The notes beneath the pieces were generated by a model. That model saw nothing but the letters and a program-made list of their open reading frames with translations, was not told where the DNA came from and did not search any database. From the human T2T-CHM13v2.0 reference genome, Homo sapiens: 64,000 nucleotides of DNA. Location of the stretch: assembly GCF_009914755.1 (NCBI RefSeq), contig NC_060932.1; one strand, written 5' to 3'. A program made the position numbers and the translations under genes. Positions 63,914 to 64,000 of the stretch are shown piece after piece. Each line of letters begins with the position of its first letter. Positions within the stretch are counted from its first letter, which is position 1.

Positions 63914-64000
63914 TTTTTTTTTTTTTTAAGACAGAATCTCGCTCTGTTGCCTGGGCTGGAGTGCAGTGGTACGATCTCGGCTCACTGCAACCTCTGCCTC
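63914..64000 (-). mobile_element. Alu 3' end, cut by the window edge
   Basis: Poly-T then 'agacagaatctcgctctgttgcc...gctcactgcaacctctgcctc'. Confidence 0.9.

Overview
Primate (human or great-ape) genomic DNA: AT-rich, dense in Alu/L1/LTR repeats, with no prokaryotic features. The window is an internal part of a large minus-strand gene. Ten GT-AG exons (55657-55781 down to 331-476; 1356 nt) join in one open frame encoding CUB-Sushi-CUB-Sushi-CUB modules. I recognise this as CSMD3 (from memory roughly exons 36-45 on chr8q23; numbering not verified here). The introns hold many Alus, L1PA/L1MA/L1MB pieces, a full-length THE1C nested in an L1, a MER51 solo LTR, MLT1 LTRs, a near-complete HSMAR2 mariner, L2/MIR relics and microsatellites. 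I see no convincing new biological system. The best second-look items are small-scale: a ~24-nt L1 insertion whose 19-bp TSD starts at intron +8 of a CSMD3 donor, fold-back hairpins gained by single LTR/Alu copies, an L1 3'-transduction whose second tail became a 141-nt GAA/GAG purine tract, a promoter-like motif island in the 28-kb intron, and several candidate cryptic splice/poly(A) signals. Repeat subfamily calls come from recalled consensus sequences, and repeat boundaries without TSDs are approximate.
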